Positions 23,660 to 33,749 are shown, counted from the first letter of the stretch. The stretch: 64,000 nucleotides of DNA from an uncultured Clostridia bacterium (GCA_945929845.1 CAMEON010000001.1:8060-72059), one strand, 5' to 3'. A program made the numbers and translations. The notes: generated by a model not told the origin, from the sequence alone.

Positions 23660-24358
23660 CTACAGCAGGCCAAAATCCTGCCGCATGCCTGCCCGGTCAA
23701 GGAAGAGAATGTTCTTGCCCTCCCGACGCACATACCCCTTTTCCTCCAGCTCATCAAAGGCCCGGTACAGGGTAGCACGGCCAAGGCTCAGGGCATCGGC
23801 CAGGCGGCTCAAGGAGAGGGGAACAGAAAAGCAGGCGGCATCGTCCGGGGCCGTGGTGTCCAGCCATGCGGCCAGACGGCGGGGAGCGGACCCGGCACTG
23901 AGGCATGCCAGCCGCCGGTTGAGAAAGCGGATCCTGTCAGACAGGAAACCGATATACCGCATGGCCAGTGCCGGGTCGGCGGTAAGCAGTTCCCTGACCG
24001 TGTCCTGCTCCATACAGAGCAGCCGGAGGGGCTTGACAGCGACCACACGGGTCACAGACCTGACCGGGGAGAACAGGTTGGCCACACCGAAGGTGTCTCC
24101 GGTGTGGAGCACCCGTAAGAGGCATTCACTCCCCTCGCCGGGGGCGTAGACAGCGGCAGTCCCCCGGAGAATGATGCTCAAAAAGGGCATATCGGATCCC
24201 GCCCCCTCCCTGTCAGGGCAATCGGGGGGCAATGATACGGCCTGCCCGGAATCAAAGCAGGCCACGGAGCAACCTGCGGCTGCCCTGTCGATGAGGGCAG
24301 GTGAACAGCCGCCGAACAGAAAGTGATCGGCGAGAATATTTTTGAGAACCATGGACAC
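23660..24358 (-). CDS. Crp/Fnr-family transcriptional regulator
   Basis: 232-aa ORF with a cNMP-binding-like N-terminal half and the C-terminal HTH LSRLADALSLGRATLYRAFDELEEKGYV. Confidence 0.8.
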   Translation of the reverse strand: MSMVLKNILADHFLFGGCSPALIDRAAAGCSVACFDSGQAVSLPPDCPDREGAGSDMPFLSIILRGTAAVYAPGEGSECLLRVLHTGDTFGVANLFSPVRSVTRVVAVKPLRLLCMEQDTVRELLTADPALAMRYIGFLSDRIRFLNRRLACLSAGSAPRRLAAWLDTTAPDDAACFSVPLSLSRLADALSLGRATLYRAFDELEEKGYVRREGKNILFLDRAGMRQDFGLL

Positions 24359-24598
24359 CCACCTTTCCGGCTGAGATGCGTTTTACCTGCAAAAACTGTC
24401 CCATTTGATACAAAACATCGAGTATTATACACCATAAGGCAGGATTTGTCAAGGATCATTGTGAATAAACTGTAAATAATTTTGAAAAGGGGATGAAAAA
24501 ATACCGGGAATGAGGTATAATGTAAAAGTTAAAATGCGTTGGTGTGCACATTTTCAGGTGTGTATCGGTCGTATTTCATTTTGTGGAGGTATTGAATC

Positions 24599-25528
24599 AT
24601 GACTTTGGTTATTCTTGCGGCGGGCATGGGTTCCCGCTACGGCGGCTTGAAACAGATGGATCCCATGACAGAGGACGGAAACTTCATCATTGACTTTTCC
24701 ATCTATGATGCTATCCGAGCAGGATTCGATGAAGTGGTCTTCATCATCAAGAAGGAGAATTACGAGGCTTTCCGGGAGACCATCGGTGCCCGGATCGAGA
24801 AGAAGGTCAAAGTGACCTATGTGTTCCAGGATCTGACGGACATTCCCGAAGGATATACCGTTCCCGAAGAACGGGTCAAGCCCTGGGGAACCACCCACGC
24901 CCTGCTGGCGGCACGGGATGTCATCCACGGCCCCTATGGTGTCATCAATGCCGATGACTTTTACGGACGGGACACCTTTGAAAAGCTGGCCGCCCACCTG
25001 CGCAAGATGGAGAGTGCTGAAAAAGGCGATGACACCGTGGATCACTGCTGTGCCATCGGCTTCAAGGTGAAAAATACATTGACAGATAAGGGGACCTGCT
25101 CCCGTGGCGTATGCCAGGTGGACGGGGACGGGATGCTGACCTCTATCGTAGAGCGGTTGAAGATAAAGAAGGTCGGCAACGATGCGGCATACCTGGACGA
25201 GAACGACCAGTGGGTGGACCTGCCCGGGGAGACCACCGTCTCCATGAACTGCTGGGGGCTGTCCGCCCGCACCATTGACTTCTACAGGGATGAGTTCAGA
25301 ACCTTCATGGCTGACCTCCCCAAGGCACCCAATCCTCTGAAGGCAGAGTGCCTCCTGCCCAACTCTGTGGATAAGATGATGAAGGCGGGTCTTATTGATG
25401 TAAAGGTGTACAGAACCGAGTCCGCCTGGTTCGGCGTGACCTACCCGGAGGATAAGCCCTGGGTCGTGGCCTCCATCAAGGAGCTGACTGAGAAGGGCGA
25501 GTACCCCGCACACCTGTGGGCTGACTGA
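24599..25528 (+). CDS. Sugar-phosphate nucleotidyltransferase family protein
   Basis: The N-terminal LAAGMGSRYGGLKQ (GxGxR) motif is present. It sits next to galE and galM. Confidence 0.75.
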   Translation: MTLVILAAGMGSRYGGLKQMDPMTEDGNFIIDFSIYDAIRAGFDEVVFIIKKENYEAFRETIGARIEKKVKVTYVFQDLTDIPEGYTVPEERVKPWGTTHALLAARDVIHGPYGVINADDFYGRDTFEKLAAHLRKMESAEKGDDTVDHCCAIGFKVKNTLTDKGTCSRGVCQVDGDGMLTSIVERLKIKKVGNDAAYLDENDQWVDLPGETTVSMNCWGLSARTIDFYRDEFRTFMADLPKAPNPLKAECLLPNSVDKMMKAGLIDVKVYRTESAWFGVTYPEDKPWVVASIKELTEKGEYPAHLWAD

Positions 25529-25586
25529 AAAGCCGCCATTCGGTAACTGAAAGCAACTATCTTACTTACACATGAGGTGATTTCCT

Positions 25587-26606
25587 ATGTCCATTCTTGT
25601 AACCGGGGGAACCGGATTCATTGGGTCTCATACTGCGGTGGAATTTCTGAACCGGGGTGAGAAGCTGATCATCGTAGACAACTTTGTCAACAGCAAGCCG
25701 GTGGTGCTGGACAGGATCCAGACCATCACCGGGAAGCGTCCCACCTTCTATGAGGCAGACTGCGCAGATGAGCAGGCGCTGGAACGCATCTTCTCCGAGA
25801 ACCCGGATATTGAGAGTTGTATTCATTTCGCAGGCCTGAAGGCGGTGGCCGAATCCGTTTCCCAGCCGGTACGCTACTACAGGAATAACCTGCTGTCCAC
25901 CCTGAGCCTGTGTAAGGTCATGCAGGCTCACGGTGTCAAGCGCATGGTGTTCTCCTCCTCGGCTACCGTGTACGGCAACCCGGAAAGGGTGCCTGTAAGG
26001 GAGGACAGCAAGGTAGGAGGCACCACCAACCCGTACGGGGAGACCAAGCTGATGATCGAGCGGATCCTGAAGGATATATGGGTGGCTGACCCGGCGTGGA
26101 GCATTTCCATCCTGCGATACTTCAATCCCGTGGGTGCTCACCAGTCCGGGCTCATCGGTGAGGATCCCTGCGGGATCCCCAACAACCTGTTCCCCTATGT
26201 GACTCAGGTCGCCCAGGGAAAGCTCCCCTACCTGCATGTGTATGGAAATGATTATGATACGCCGGACGGTACTGGCGTCAGGGACTACATCCATGTGGTG
26301 GATCTGGCCCGTGCGCACCTGAAGGCATTGGATCGTGCCCGTAAGGTCACAGGGGTGGAGTACTACAACATCGGCACCGGTGTGGGTTACTCGGTTCTGG
26401 ACATTGTCAAAGCGTATGAGTCCGCCACGGGGAAAAAGGTTCCGTACCGGATCGGGCCACGCCGCCCCGGCGATGTGCCCACGAGCTATGCCGATCCCTC
26501 AAAGGCGGCGGAGATCCTCGGCTGGAAGGCGGAATATGACCTGCATGATATGTGCCGGGATGCCAACCGGTGGCAGACCATGAACCCGAACGGGTACGGA
26601 GACTAA
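25587..26606 (+). CDS. galE: UDP-glucose 4-epimerase
   Basis: MSILVTGGTGFIGSH is a Rossmann motif and YGETK is the YxxxK motif. The 339-aa length is typical. Confidence 0.9.
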   Translation: MSILVTGGTGFIGSHTAVEFLNRGEKLIIVDNFVNSKPVVLDRIQTITGKRPTFYEADCADEQALERIFSENPDIESCIHFAGLKAVAESVSQPVRYYRNNLLSTLSLCKVMQAHGVKRMVFSSSATVYGNPERVPVREDSKVGGTTNPYGETKLMIERILKDIWVADPAWSISILRYFNPVGAHQSGLIGEDPCGIPNNLFPYVTQVAQGKLPYLHVYGNDYDTPDGTGVRDYIHVVDLARAHLKALDRARKVTGVEYYNIGTGVGYSVLDIVKAYESATGKKVPYRIGPRRPGDVPTSYADPSKAAEILGWKAEYDLHDMCRDANRWQTMNPNGYGD

Positions 26607-26624
26607 GGAACCGCTGATTTATTC
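26602..26624 (+). repeat. Second copy of the 23-nt repeat ACTAAGGAACCGCTGATTTATTC (includes the galE stop codon)
   Basis: Identical to 17772-17794. Here the right arm of the hairpin is degenerate. Confidence 0.8.
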
Positions 26625-26798
26625 GGCGGCACATCTTCGGCACATCTTTTCCCGCCTGCTTCTTGCCGAAAAACTCGATGTACATCCAGTACATCTTGAG
26701 TTTTTCGCAATCGCAGACGAAAAAATCTGCACCGAATCTGCACCACCTCATTCAATCAGCGTTTCCCTAAAAAACCAGACGAAAAGGAGACATAGTCC

Positions 26799-27872
26799 AT
26801 GGGCATCACCAAAAGACCTTTTGGCACCCTGCCGGACGGGCAGGAGGCAACCTTATATACACTGCGCAACGCCGGAGGCTTTTCCGTCTCGGTGTCGGAC
26901 TTCGGCGGCACCATCGTCCATATCCTTGCCCCGGACAGGAAAGGACAGTTCCAGAATGTTGTCTGCGGCTACGATTCCGTGGAGGAGTATGTGGTGGCTG
27001 ACGGCTATCTGGGCGCCACGGTTGGCCGGTTCTGCAACCGGATCGCCAGGGGACGCTTCACCCTTGAGGGGAAGGTGTATGACGACCTGTACATCAACGA
27101 CGGACCGAACCATCTGCACGGCGGCAAGGTCGGCTTCTCCCACCGCCTGTGGTCGGTGGCCGGGACGGAAGAGGGGGAGGAGCCTTCCCTGACACTGCGC
27201 CTTGTCTCACCGGACGGGGAGGAGGGCTATCCCGGACGGCTTGATGTGTCCGTCACCTTCACGGTGCGTGCAGATCATGCGCTGGCCATCCACTATGAGG
27301 CAAGAACGGATCAGACCACCGTAGTGAACCTGACCAACCATGCCTACTTCAACCTGGGCGGGTACGCATCCGGGGATGTGCTGGATCAGGTGCTGTGGCT
27401 GGATGCCCAGTCCTACCTGCGGGGAGACGAAAATCTGATCCCCACCGGGGAGATGATCCCTGTGGACGGGACTCCCTTTGATTTCCGTACCCCCAAAGCC
27501 ATCGGTCGGGATTTCTTTGCTGATGATGCCGACCTGAAAAAGGCCGGCGGGTATGACCATTGCTTCAATTTTACCGATTGGCAGTCGGCGGGGAGAGAAC
27601 TCCGTCTCCGGGGCACTGCCTTTGACCCGGCGACAGGCCGGAAGCTGGAGCTGTTCACCAACTCCCCTTGCGTCCAGTTGTACACCGCCAATTTCCTGAA
27701 GAACCCTGCCTTCCCCCTATCCGGCGGGTACCCCCAGATGACCCAGCACGCCTTCTGCCTGGAGACCCAGAAAATGCCGGACTCCCCCAATCACGAGGGC
27801 TTTACGGACACGACGCTGTGCCCGGGGGAAGTCTTTGACTATACCACCGTGTACCGTTTCTCTGCGGAATAA
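26799..27872 (+). CDS. galM: Aldose 1-epimerase (galactose mutarotase)
   Basis: 357-aa ORF. The features GPNHLHGG, LTNHAYFNL and FCLETQ are typical of mutarotases. Confidence 0.85.
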   Translation: MGITKRPFGTLPDGQEATLYTLRNAGGFSVSVSDFGGTIVHILAPDRKGQFQNVVCGYDSVEEYVVADGYLGATVGRFCNRIARGRFTLEGKVYDDLYINDGPNHLHGGKVGFSHRLWSVAGTEEGEEPSLTLRLVSPDGEEGYPGRLDVSVTFTVRADHALAIHYEARTDQTTVVNLTNHAYFNLGGYASGDVLDQVLWLDAQSYLRGDENLIPTGEMIPVDGTPFDFRTPKAIGRDFFADDADLKKAGGYDHCFNFTDWQSAGRELRLRGTAFDPATGRKLELFTNSPCVQLYTANFLKNPAFPLSGGYPQMTQHAFCLETQKMPDSPNHEGFTDTTLCPGEVFDYTTVYRFSAE

Positions 27873-27945
27873 GGGCAAAGGATCCCTTTTCCCAATCATG
27901 TTTTCCCGCACCACCGCATAGAATCAAGCGAGAGGTGGTGTCAAT

Positions 27946-29202
27946 ATGCTTCATAAACATGTATTCCGTTTTGCGGCCCGACACAGACAGCGGGCCGCTC
28001 TGTTTCTCTCCTGTCTTTGCGTCCTCGCCTTCAGCCTGTCCATGCCCCTGAAAACAGGGGCGGAATCGTCAGGCCAGGCAAGTGGAACAGCGGGGCAGGA
28101 CGACGCAGGAACCGCCCTGACCGGGCTGACCGCCGTGGAGGCACCTGCGGCCTTTGACTGTAAGAGTGCTGTCCTGATGGAGGCTTCCACCGGCAAGCTT
28201 CTGTATGAGCAGAACCCGACCGAAGCCATGCCGCCCGCATCCGTGACCAAGATCATGACCCTCCTTCTGGTCATGGAAGCCATAGATGCCGGTGTTCTGC
28301 ACTGGGATGACATGGTGACCACCAGTGCCCATGCCGCATCCATGGGTGGATCTCAGATCTACCTGAAGGAAGGGGAGCAGATGAGCGTACGGGACATGGT
28401 CAAAAGCGTGGTGATCGCCTCGGCCAACGATGCCGCTCTGGCACTGGCGGAGGCAGTGGCCGGGAGCGAGGAGACCTTTGTCAACCGGATGAATCAGCGT
28501 GCCTCAGAGCTTGACATGGAGAACACCCATTTTGAAAACACCAACGGGCTGGACGATACAGCCACCAACCATGTGACATCTGCCCGGGATATTGCCATCA
28601 TGTCACGGACGCTGATCGCCCATAAGGAGATTCTGGAGTACAGCTCCACCTGGATGGACACCGTGCGGGATGGGGCCTTCGGGCTGACCAACACCAACCG
28701 GCTGGTGCGCTTTTACCGGGGTTGCAACGGTCTGAAAACAGGTTCCACGGCCAAGGCCGGCTTCTGCATTTCCGTGACAGCCGAGCGGGAGGGCATGACC
28801 CTGATCTGTGTGATCATGGGGGCAGAAAACCGGGATATCCGGAATCAGGCCGCCGCCGCACTGCTGGACTGGGGCTTTGCCAACTACGGCCTTTACACCT
28901 GCCCGGAGGGGGAGCCTGACCCTCTACGGGTGACGGGAGGCGTGGTGCCGCAGGTCAGGGTGAGTTACCCATCCTTCTCCTGCGTACTGCCCCGGGCGGA
29001 TCTGTCAGCGGTGGAAATGAACCTGACCCTGCCGGAGTCTGTGCCAGCCCCGGTTCGGGTGGGGGAGACAGTAGGCTCGCTGTCCTTCACCTGCCGCGGG
29101 GAGCCGCTGGGGGAGGTCTGCGTGACGGCCTCCGAGGCATCCGATAAGATCAGCTTCGGCGGCATCCTCCTGCGCCTGTTGGCCAGATTTCTGCTGGTAT
29201 GA
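27946..29202 (+). CDS. D-alanyl-D-alanine carboxypeptidase (PBP5/DacB-like, S11)
   Basis: It has a signal sequence. The motifs are SVTKIMT (SxxK), SANDAA (SxN) and KTGST (KTG). Confidence 0.85.
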   Translation: MLHKHVFRFAARHRQRAALFLSCLCVLAFSLSMPLKTGAESSGQASGTAGQDDAGTALTGLTAVEAPAAFDCKSAVLMEASTGKLLYEQNPTEAMPPASVTKIMTLLLVMEAIDAGVLHWDDMVTTSAHAASMGGSQIYLKEGEQMSVRDMVKSVVIASANDAALALAEAVAGSEETFVNRMNQRASELDMENTHFENTNGLDDTATNHVTSARDIAIMSRTLIAHKEILEYSSTWMDTVRDGAFGLTNTNRLVRFYRGCNGLKTGSTAKAGFCISVTAEREGMTLICVIMGAENRDIRNQAAAALLDWGFANYGLYTCPEGEPDPLRVTGGVVPQVRVSYPSFSCVLPRADLSAVEMNLTLPESVPAPVRVGETVGSLSFTCRGEPLGEVCVTASEASDKISFGGILLRLLARFLLV

Positions 29203-29228
29203 GTGCTTCATAGGAAACGGGGGTACGC

Positions 29229-29258
29229 CTTGGGAACTTTCTGAAGAAAGTTCCCAAG
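29229..29258 (+). terminator. Perfect 12-bp hairpin after the carboxypeptidase gene (no T-run)
   Basis: CTTGGGAACTTT / CTGAAG / AAAGTTCCCAAG. Confidence 0.4.
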
Positions 29259-29315
29259 ACCCTTCAATGACTTTCAAAGTAATTTTTCGGAGTAAAATAA
29301 AATTCCGTTTCCCCC

Positions 29316-29344
29316 TTGACGGGGAAACATTTTTATTGTATAAT
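29316..29344 (+). promoter_or_regulatory. Candidate promoter of the PduO-like gene
   Basis: TTGACG - 17 nt - TATAAT. Confidence 0.5.
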
Positions 29345-29399
29345 ATACAGTGACTGAGAATGGGTGTCTATCGGATCAAGAAGGAGCGGAAGCCACAGC

Positions 29400-30473
29400 A
29401 TGGAGATAAAGGATTCAAAAGTGAAAAAGGGGAACGGCGATAAGGGGTTGACCTCCCTGCTGCCTGGATCGCAGGTGTCCAAGGCGGATGAGCGGGTCGG
29501 TGCCATTGGAGGCATTGACGAGATCGTAGCCGCCTTGGGCAGTGTCCGGGTGGTCACGGATTGCCCCATCTTTGACGGCAAGCTGACCCGTGTACAGAAG
29601 ACTCTGCGCACGCTGGCCGCCGGTCTCAAGGATCCCCGGAGCGGCAAGTTCGTCTTCTCCTCCGAGGAGGTTGCCTTCCTGGAATCAGATATGGAGAAGA
29701 TGCTGGACAAGCTGACGGACAGCGACTGGCAGACGGCGCTTCCGGGTGGCTGTGAACAGTCCGCCCGGCTGGATGTGGCCCGGGCTGTGACCCGGCGGGC
29801 GGAGCACGCCCTGATCACCATGGATCGCCGGTACGCCGTGCCGGACACCTTCAAGCAGTATATCAACCGCTTGAGCGATTGGCTACAGGTGGCCGCCCGA
29901 TATGCAGACCAGAGACACAGCGAGCAAGAGAGTGCCGCCGAGGCCGCAACGCCGACCCAAGCGGCGTCCACTCCCGCACCCGCAACCCCGGCAGTCACGG
30001 TTCCGCATCCTGATACATCCCCCACAGCCCAGGACATGGTAAGCCAGGTGCTGGCTCGTCTGGGCGTGGGTCATGCACTGGATCTGGAGAAAGCGACACG
30101 CCTCATCCGAGCCGTGGAGGAAAAAGCCATATCGGAGGGCAAACGGGCCGTGGTGGCCGTGGTCAACCGGGAGGGCAACCCGGTGGCCGTTCATGTCATG
30201 GACGGGGCGTTCCTGGTAAGCTACGAAGTGGCTGTCCGAAAGGCTTACACGGCCGTGGCCGTAAAGATGTCCACCATGGAGCTGTCCCGGCTGGTACAGC
30301 CCGGGCAGACCTTCTACGGGTTACAGAACCTGGACAGGATCGTGACCTTCGGCGGCGGCGTTCCCCTGTATGCTGGCGGTGAGATCGTAGGCGGACTGGG
30401 TGTCAGCGGCGGTACGGGGGAAGAAGACCATCAGCTGGCCGCATACGGTGCCGGGTTGTTGCCATCATTATGA
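29400..30473 (+). CDS. pduO: PduO-type ATP:cob(I)alamin adenosyltransferase fused to a GlcG/DUF336 domain
   Basis: The N-terminus is GDKGLTSLLPGSQVSKADERVGAIGGIDE. An Ala/Pro/Thr-rich linker follows. The C-terminal GGGVPLYAGGEIVGGLGVSGGTGEEDHQLA is DUF336-like. The start is uncertain: GTG 29364 or ATG 29400. Confidence 0.8.
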   Translation: MEIKDSKVKKGNGDKGLTSLLPGSQVSKADERVGAIGGIDEIVAALGSVRVVTDCPIFDGKLTRVQKTLRTLAAGLKDPRSGKFVFSSEEVAFLESDMEKMLDKLTDSDWQTALPGGCEQSARLDVARAVTRRAEHALITMDRRYAVPDTFKQYINRLSDWLQVAARYADQRHSEQESAAEAATPTQAASTPAPATPAVTVPHPDTSPTAQDMVSQVLARLGVGHALDLEKATRLIRAVEEKAISEGKRAVVAVVNREGNPVAVHVMDGAFLVSYEVAVRKAYTAVAVKMSTMELSRLVQPGQTFYGLQNLDRIVTFGGGVPLYAGGEIVGGLGVSGGTGEEDHQLAAYGAGLLPSL

Positions 30474-30517
30474 AAATTGTAACATAAAAAACAGGAAAAT
30501 GACAAGGAGGATATATC

Positions 30518-32374
30518 ATGAGTATTCGCAGGATCACGGATGATCTTTTGTATGTCGGTGTTTCGGAACGCCGTCTGGCTCTTTTCGAAAATGTGTACCC
30601 CATCCCGGCAGGGGTGTCCTACAATTCCTACCTGCTCCTTGACCAGCAGACAGTTCTTCTGGACACGGTGGATCGCCGCCTTTCGGATTGCTTCTACGAC
30701 AATGTGAAGGAAGCACTGGGCGGAAGGAAGCTTGATTTCGTGGTCGTCCAGCATATGGAGCCGGATCACTGCGCATCGCTGGCCGGTCTGCTTCTGCGCT
30801 GGCCGGAGGCCATCATCGTCTGCAACAAAAAGACTGTTGTCATGATGAAGCAGTTCTTCCCGGAACTGAAGCAGGAAGGGCGTCTTTATGTGGTGGGCGA
30901 GGGGGATGTGCTCAGCGTTGGAAAGCATACCCTAACCTTCGTGATGGCACCGATGGTTCACTGGCCGGAGGTGATGGTCACTTTTGATTCCACGGACGGG
31001 ACGCTGTTCTCCGCCGACGGCTTCGGCGGCTTCGGTGCCATCAACGGCAACCTGTTTGCCGACCAGGTGGATCTGACAGCCGGATACATGGACGAGATGC
31101 GTCGGTACTATACCAACATCGTCGGCAAGTATGGCACCCAGGTGCAGGCCCTGCTCAAGAAAGCCGCCGCACTACCCATCAAGAGGATCTGCCCGCTTCA
31201 CGGCCTGGTCTGGCGGGAAGACCTTGATCAGATTCTGGGGAAGTACGACCTTTGGAGCCGCTACATTCCCGAAGAGAAGGGCGTGGTCATCGCCTACGCC
31301 TCCGTGTATGGGAACACCGAGCAGACCGTGAACCTGCTGGCCGGGTATCTGGCCGATGCCGGTGTCAGAAACATCAAAATGTACGATGTGTCGGCGACCC
31401 ATCCCTCCTATATACTGGCGGATGCCTTCCGCTACAGCCATGTGGTGTTCGCTTCCACGACTTATAATGCCGGGATCTTTGTCAACATGGAGAATCTGTT
31501 GCACGATCTGGCTGCCCACAACTGGCAGGGACGCACCCTGGCCTTCATCGAGAACGGCACCTGGGCACCTACCTCTGGCAAGCTGATGCGGGACATCGTC
31601 GGCGGCCTGAAGGGCATGACTGTACTGGATGAGACCCTGACCCTGAAGTCCTCCCTGGCTCCCGGACAGGAGGAGCAGTTGCAGGTTATGGCCACTGCCA
31701 TTGCCTCCGGCATCCTGCCGACATCCGCCCAGCCGGTGGAAACGACCGCTTCCACCCTGGATCCTTCCGCTATGTTCAAGCTGTCCTACGGTCTGTTCCT
31801 GCTCAGCACCAAGGAAAAGGGAAAGGACAACGGCTGTATCATCAACACGGTGACCCAGTTGACCAGCAAACCCCAGCAGGTGGCCATCGCCGTCAACAAG
31901 GCCAACCTGACCCACGACATGGTCAAAGCCGCCGGTATCTTCAATGTATCGGTGCTGACGGAGAGGGTACCCTTTGAAGTCTTCAAGCAGTTCGGCTTCC
32001 AGAGCGGACGGGACACGGATAAGTTTGAGGGTGTCAACAGCGTGGCTCGGTCTGAGAATGGCCTTCTGTACCTGACGGAATACACCAATGCTTACCTGTC
32101 CTGCCAAGTGGTCTCCACCATTGATTGCGGAACCCATACCCTGTTCATCGCTCAGGTCACCGCCGGTGCCGTGCTGTCCTCCGACCCGTCTGTCACCTAT
32201 GCCTACTACTTCGCCCACATCAAGCCCAGACCCAGGCCTGCGCAGGAGAAGGAGAAGAAGAAGGGGTATGTGTGCAAGATCTGCGGGTATGTGTACGAGG
32301 GAGAGACACTGCCGGATGACTTTGTCTGCCCGCTGTGCAAGCACGGAGCCGAGGATTTTGAAAAGATAGAGTAA
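30518..32374 (+). CDS. Multidomain flavodiiron protein (metallo-beta-lactamase-like diiron + flavodoxin + flavin reductase-like + rubredoxin)
   Basis: The diiron motif is HMEPDH. VVIAYASVYGNTEQ marks the flavodoxin domain and NGCIINTVTQLTSKPQQVAIAVNK is flavin-reductase-like. The C-terminal CKICGYVYEG...CPLCKHG is a rubredoxin. Confidence 0.85.
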   Translation: MSIRRITDDLLYVGVSERRLALFENVYPIPAGVSYNSYLLLDQQTVLLDTVDRRLSDCFYDNVKEALGGRKLDFVVVQHMEPDHCASLAGLLLRWPEAIIVCNKKTVVMMKQFFPELKQEGRLYVVGEGDVLSVGKHTLTFVMAPMVHWPEVMVTFDSTDGTLFSADGFGGFGAINGNLFADQVDLTAGYMDEMRRYYTNIVGKYGTQVQALLKKAAALPIKRICPLHGLVWREDLDQILGKYDLWSRYIPEEKGVVIAYASVYGNTEQTVNLLAGYLADAGVRNIKMYDVSATHPSYILADAFRYSHVVFASTTYNAGIFVNMENLLHDLAAHNWQGRTLAFIENGTWAPTSGKLMRDIVGGLKGMTVLDETLTLKSSLAPGQEEQLQVMATAIASGILPTSAQPVETTASTLDPSAMFKLSYGLFLLSTKEKGKDNGCIINTVTQLTSKPQQVAIAVNKANLTHDMVKAAGIFNVSVLTERVPFEVFKQFGFQSGRDTDKFEGVNSVARSENGLLYLTEYTNAYLSCQVVSTIDCGTHTLFIAQVTAGAVLSSDPSVTYAYYFAHIKPRPRPAQEKEKKKGYVCKICGYVYEGETLPDDFVCPLCKHGAEDFEKIE

Positions 32375-32392
32375 GTTCCACCCGGTTCATAG

Positions 32393-32433
32393 AAAACGGC
32401 TTATGAGCAAATGCGTCTCATAAGCCGTTTTTT
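32393..32433. terminator. Bidirectional rho-independent terminator
   Basis: A 15-bp perfect stem, AAAACGGCTTATGAG / CTCATAAGCCGTTTT, is followed by a T-run. An A-run on the other side serves the convergent minus-strand gene. Confidence 0.8.
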
Positions 32434-32455
32434 CGATGGCAGAAATAGCAAAGGT

Positions 32456-33742
32456 TCAATATCTCCCCGGTAACGCCCGGATGCGCCGTACCAGTGCCTC
32501 CGCATCCTCCTTTGTGTTGAACCAGCCGAAGCTGGCCCGCACGGCACCGCCCTCCGGCGTACCCAGCGTCCGGTGACCCAGAGCCGCACAGTGGAAGCCG
32601 GGACGCACGCAAATGCTCTGCCCGGGGCGAACCGTGCGGCGGGAGCCGCTCATGCCCGTGTCCGTCGGCGCACTGTCCAGGTATCCCGCCACCTCCTCGG
32701 AGTCGTAGCCGTCCACCGTAAAGAGCAGCGTGGAGCCGGACAGGTGGGGCAGGAAGACACGCACGCCGGGGGTAGCGAGCAGTCCGTCCCTGGCCAGGGT
32801 ACACAGCCGTGTTTCCTTCTCACGGATGGCCGCAGGCGTGACAGACTGCACATATTCGATACCCGCCCGCAGGCCGGCGATGGCCGGGAGGGGGAGCGTG
32901 CCCGCCTCGTATCGCTCCGGCAAGTCAAGAGCCATCTCCCCGGACAGGGAGTCCAGGCCGTTGCCGCCCTCCAACAGCGTATCCGGCAGGATGTCGGGAG
33001 ACAAGAGGAGCATACCGCACCCCATTGGTCCCATCAGCCCCTTGTGCCCGGGCACACACAGTGCATCAATGTGCATGGCCTCCATGTCAATGTCCAGTAC
33101 ACCGGCTGACTGCGCTCCGTCCACCACGAACAGAACGCCCCGCTGGTGACACAACTGACCCATGCGGGCCAGCGGAAGCGTGAGAGGGCATATATTGGAT
33201 GCATGAGCGCAGACCAAAAGCCGGGTGCCCGGCTGTAAGTGACGCTCCAGCGAGGATAGGATCATGTCATCCGTGCGATCCCGACGGGTGGCGTAGGTGT
33301 CGAAAATGTCCAGCGTGATCACGCCGTCAGAAACCAGACGGTACAGGGGACGGAACACCGCATTGTGCTCCATGTCCGAGCAGACTGCCCTGTCCCCCGG
33401 GCGCAAAAGACCCTTCAGGACAAGATTCAGGGCGTGGGTGGTATTCAGGGTGAAGATCACCCGTTCCGGATGGGAAAAGCCGAACAGACGGGCGGCCGCC
33501 TCCCGGCAGGCATACACCTCCTCCGCCGCCCGCAGGGCAAGGGCATGAGAGCCACGGCCAGGGTTCCCGCCGTACAGCTCTATGCTTTCCTCCACAGCCT
33601 GTATGACCGAGGGCGGTTTGGGGAAGCTGGTGGCGGCATTGTCCAGATACACCGGGCCGGAATTGTAGACTATTTCCGGAGCCTGCCGTGGGAGTCGGTT
33701 CCTTCCACCGGAAGGATGCTTCGCGGCGTCAGACAGATTCAC
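32456..33742 (-). CDS. Class V aminotransferase / cysteine desulfurase family protein
   Basis: Motifs are VYLDNAATSFPKP, the PLP-Lys region PGHKGLMGPMG and the catalytic-Cys region GFHCAALGH. The start is probably GTG 33742 (SD GGAGAGG). The ORF track extends to 33811. Confidence 0.8.
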   Translation of the reverse strand: MNLSDAAKHPSGGRNRLPRQAPEIVYNSGPVYLDNAATSFPKPPSVIQAVEESIELYGGNPGRGSHALALRAAEEVYACREAAARLFGFSHPERVIFTLNTTHALNLVLKGLLRPGDRAVCSDMEHNAVFRPLYRLVSDGVITLDIFDTYATRRDRTDDMILSSLERHLQPGTRLLVCAHASNICPLTLPLARMGQLCHQRGVLFVVDGAQSAGVLDIDMEAMHIDALCVPGHKGLMGPMGCGMLLLSPDILPDTLLEGGNGLDSLSGEMALDLPERYEAGTLPLPAIAGLRAGIEYVQSVTPAAIREKETRLCTLARDGLLATPGVRVFLPHLSGSTLLFTVDGYDSEEVAGYLDSAPTDTGMSGSRRTVRPGQSICVRPGFHCAALGHRTLGTPEGGAVRASFGWFNTKEDAEALVRRIRALPGRY

Positions 33743-33749
33743 TTCACTG

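Noticed and set aside
22818-24149. 443-aa plus-strand ORF spanning the binding-protein and crp genes
   Set aside because: It crosses two well-supported minus-strand genes and their intergenic gap. Its composition is Gly/Arg-rich and antisense-like.
24554-26318. Minus-strand ORFs of 319 aa and 250 aa
   Set aside because: They are antisense to the nucleotidyltransferase gene and to galE.
26407-26751. 114-aa minus-strand ORF starting in the galE-galM spacer
   Set aside because: It runs antisense into the galE 3' end. Its repetitive peptide pattern is a by-product of the short tandem DNA duplications in the spacer.
31172-32344. 390-aa minus-strand ORF
   Set aside because: It is antisense to the flavodiiron gene, all four domains of which are recognisable.
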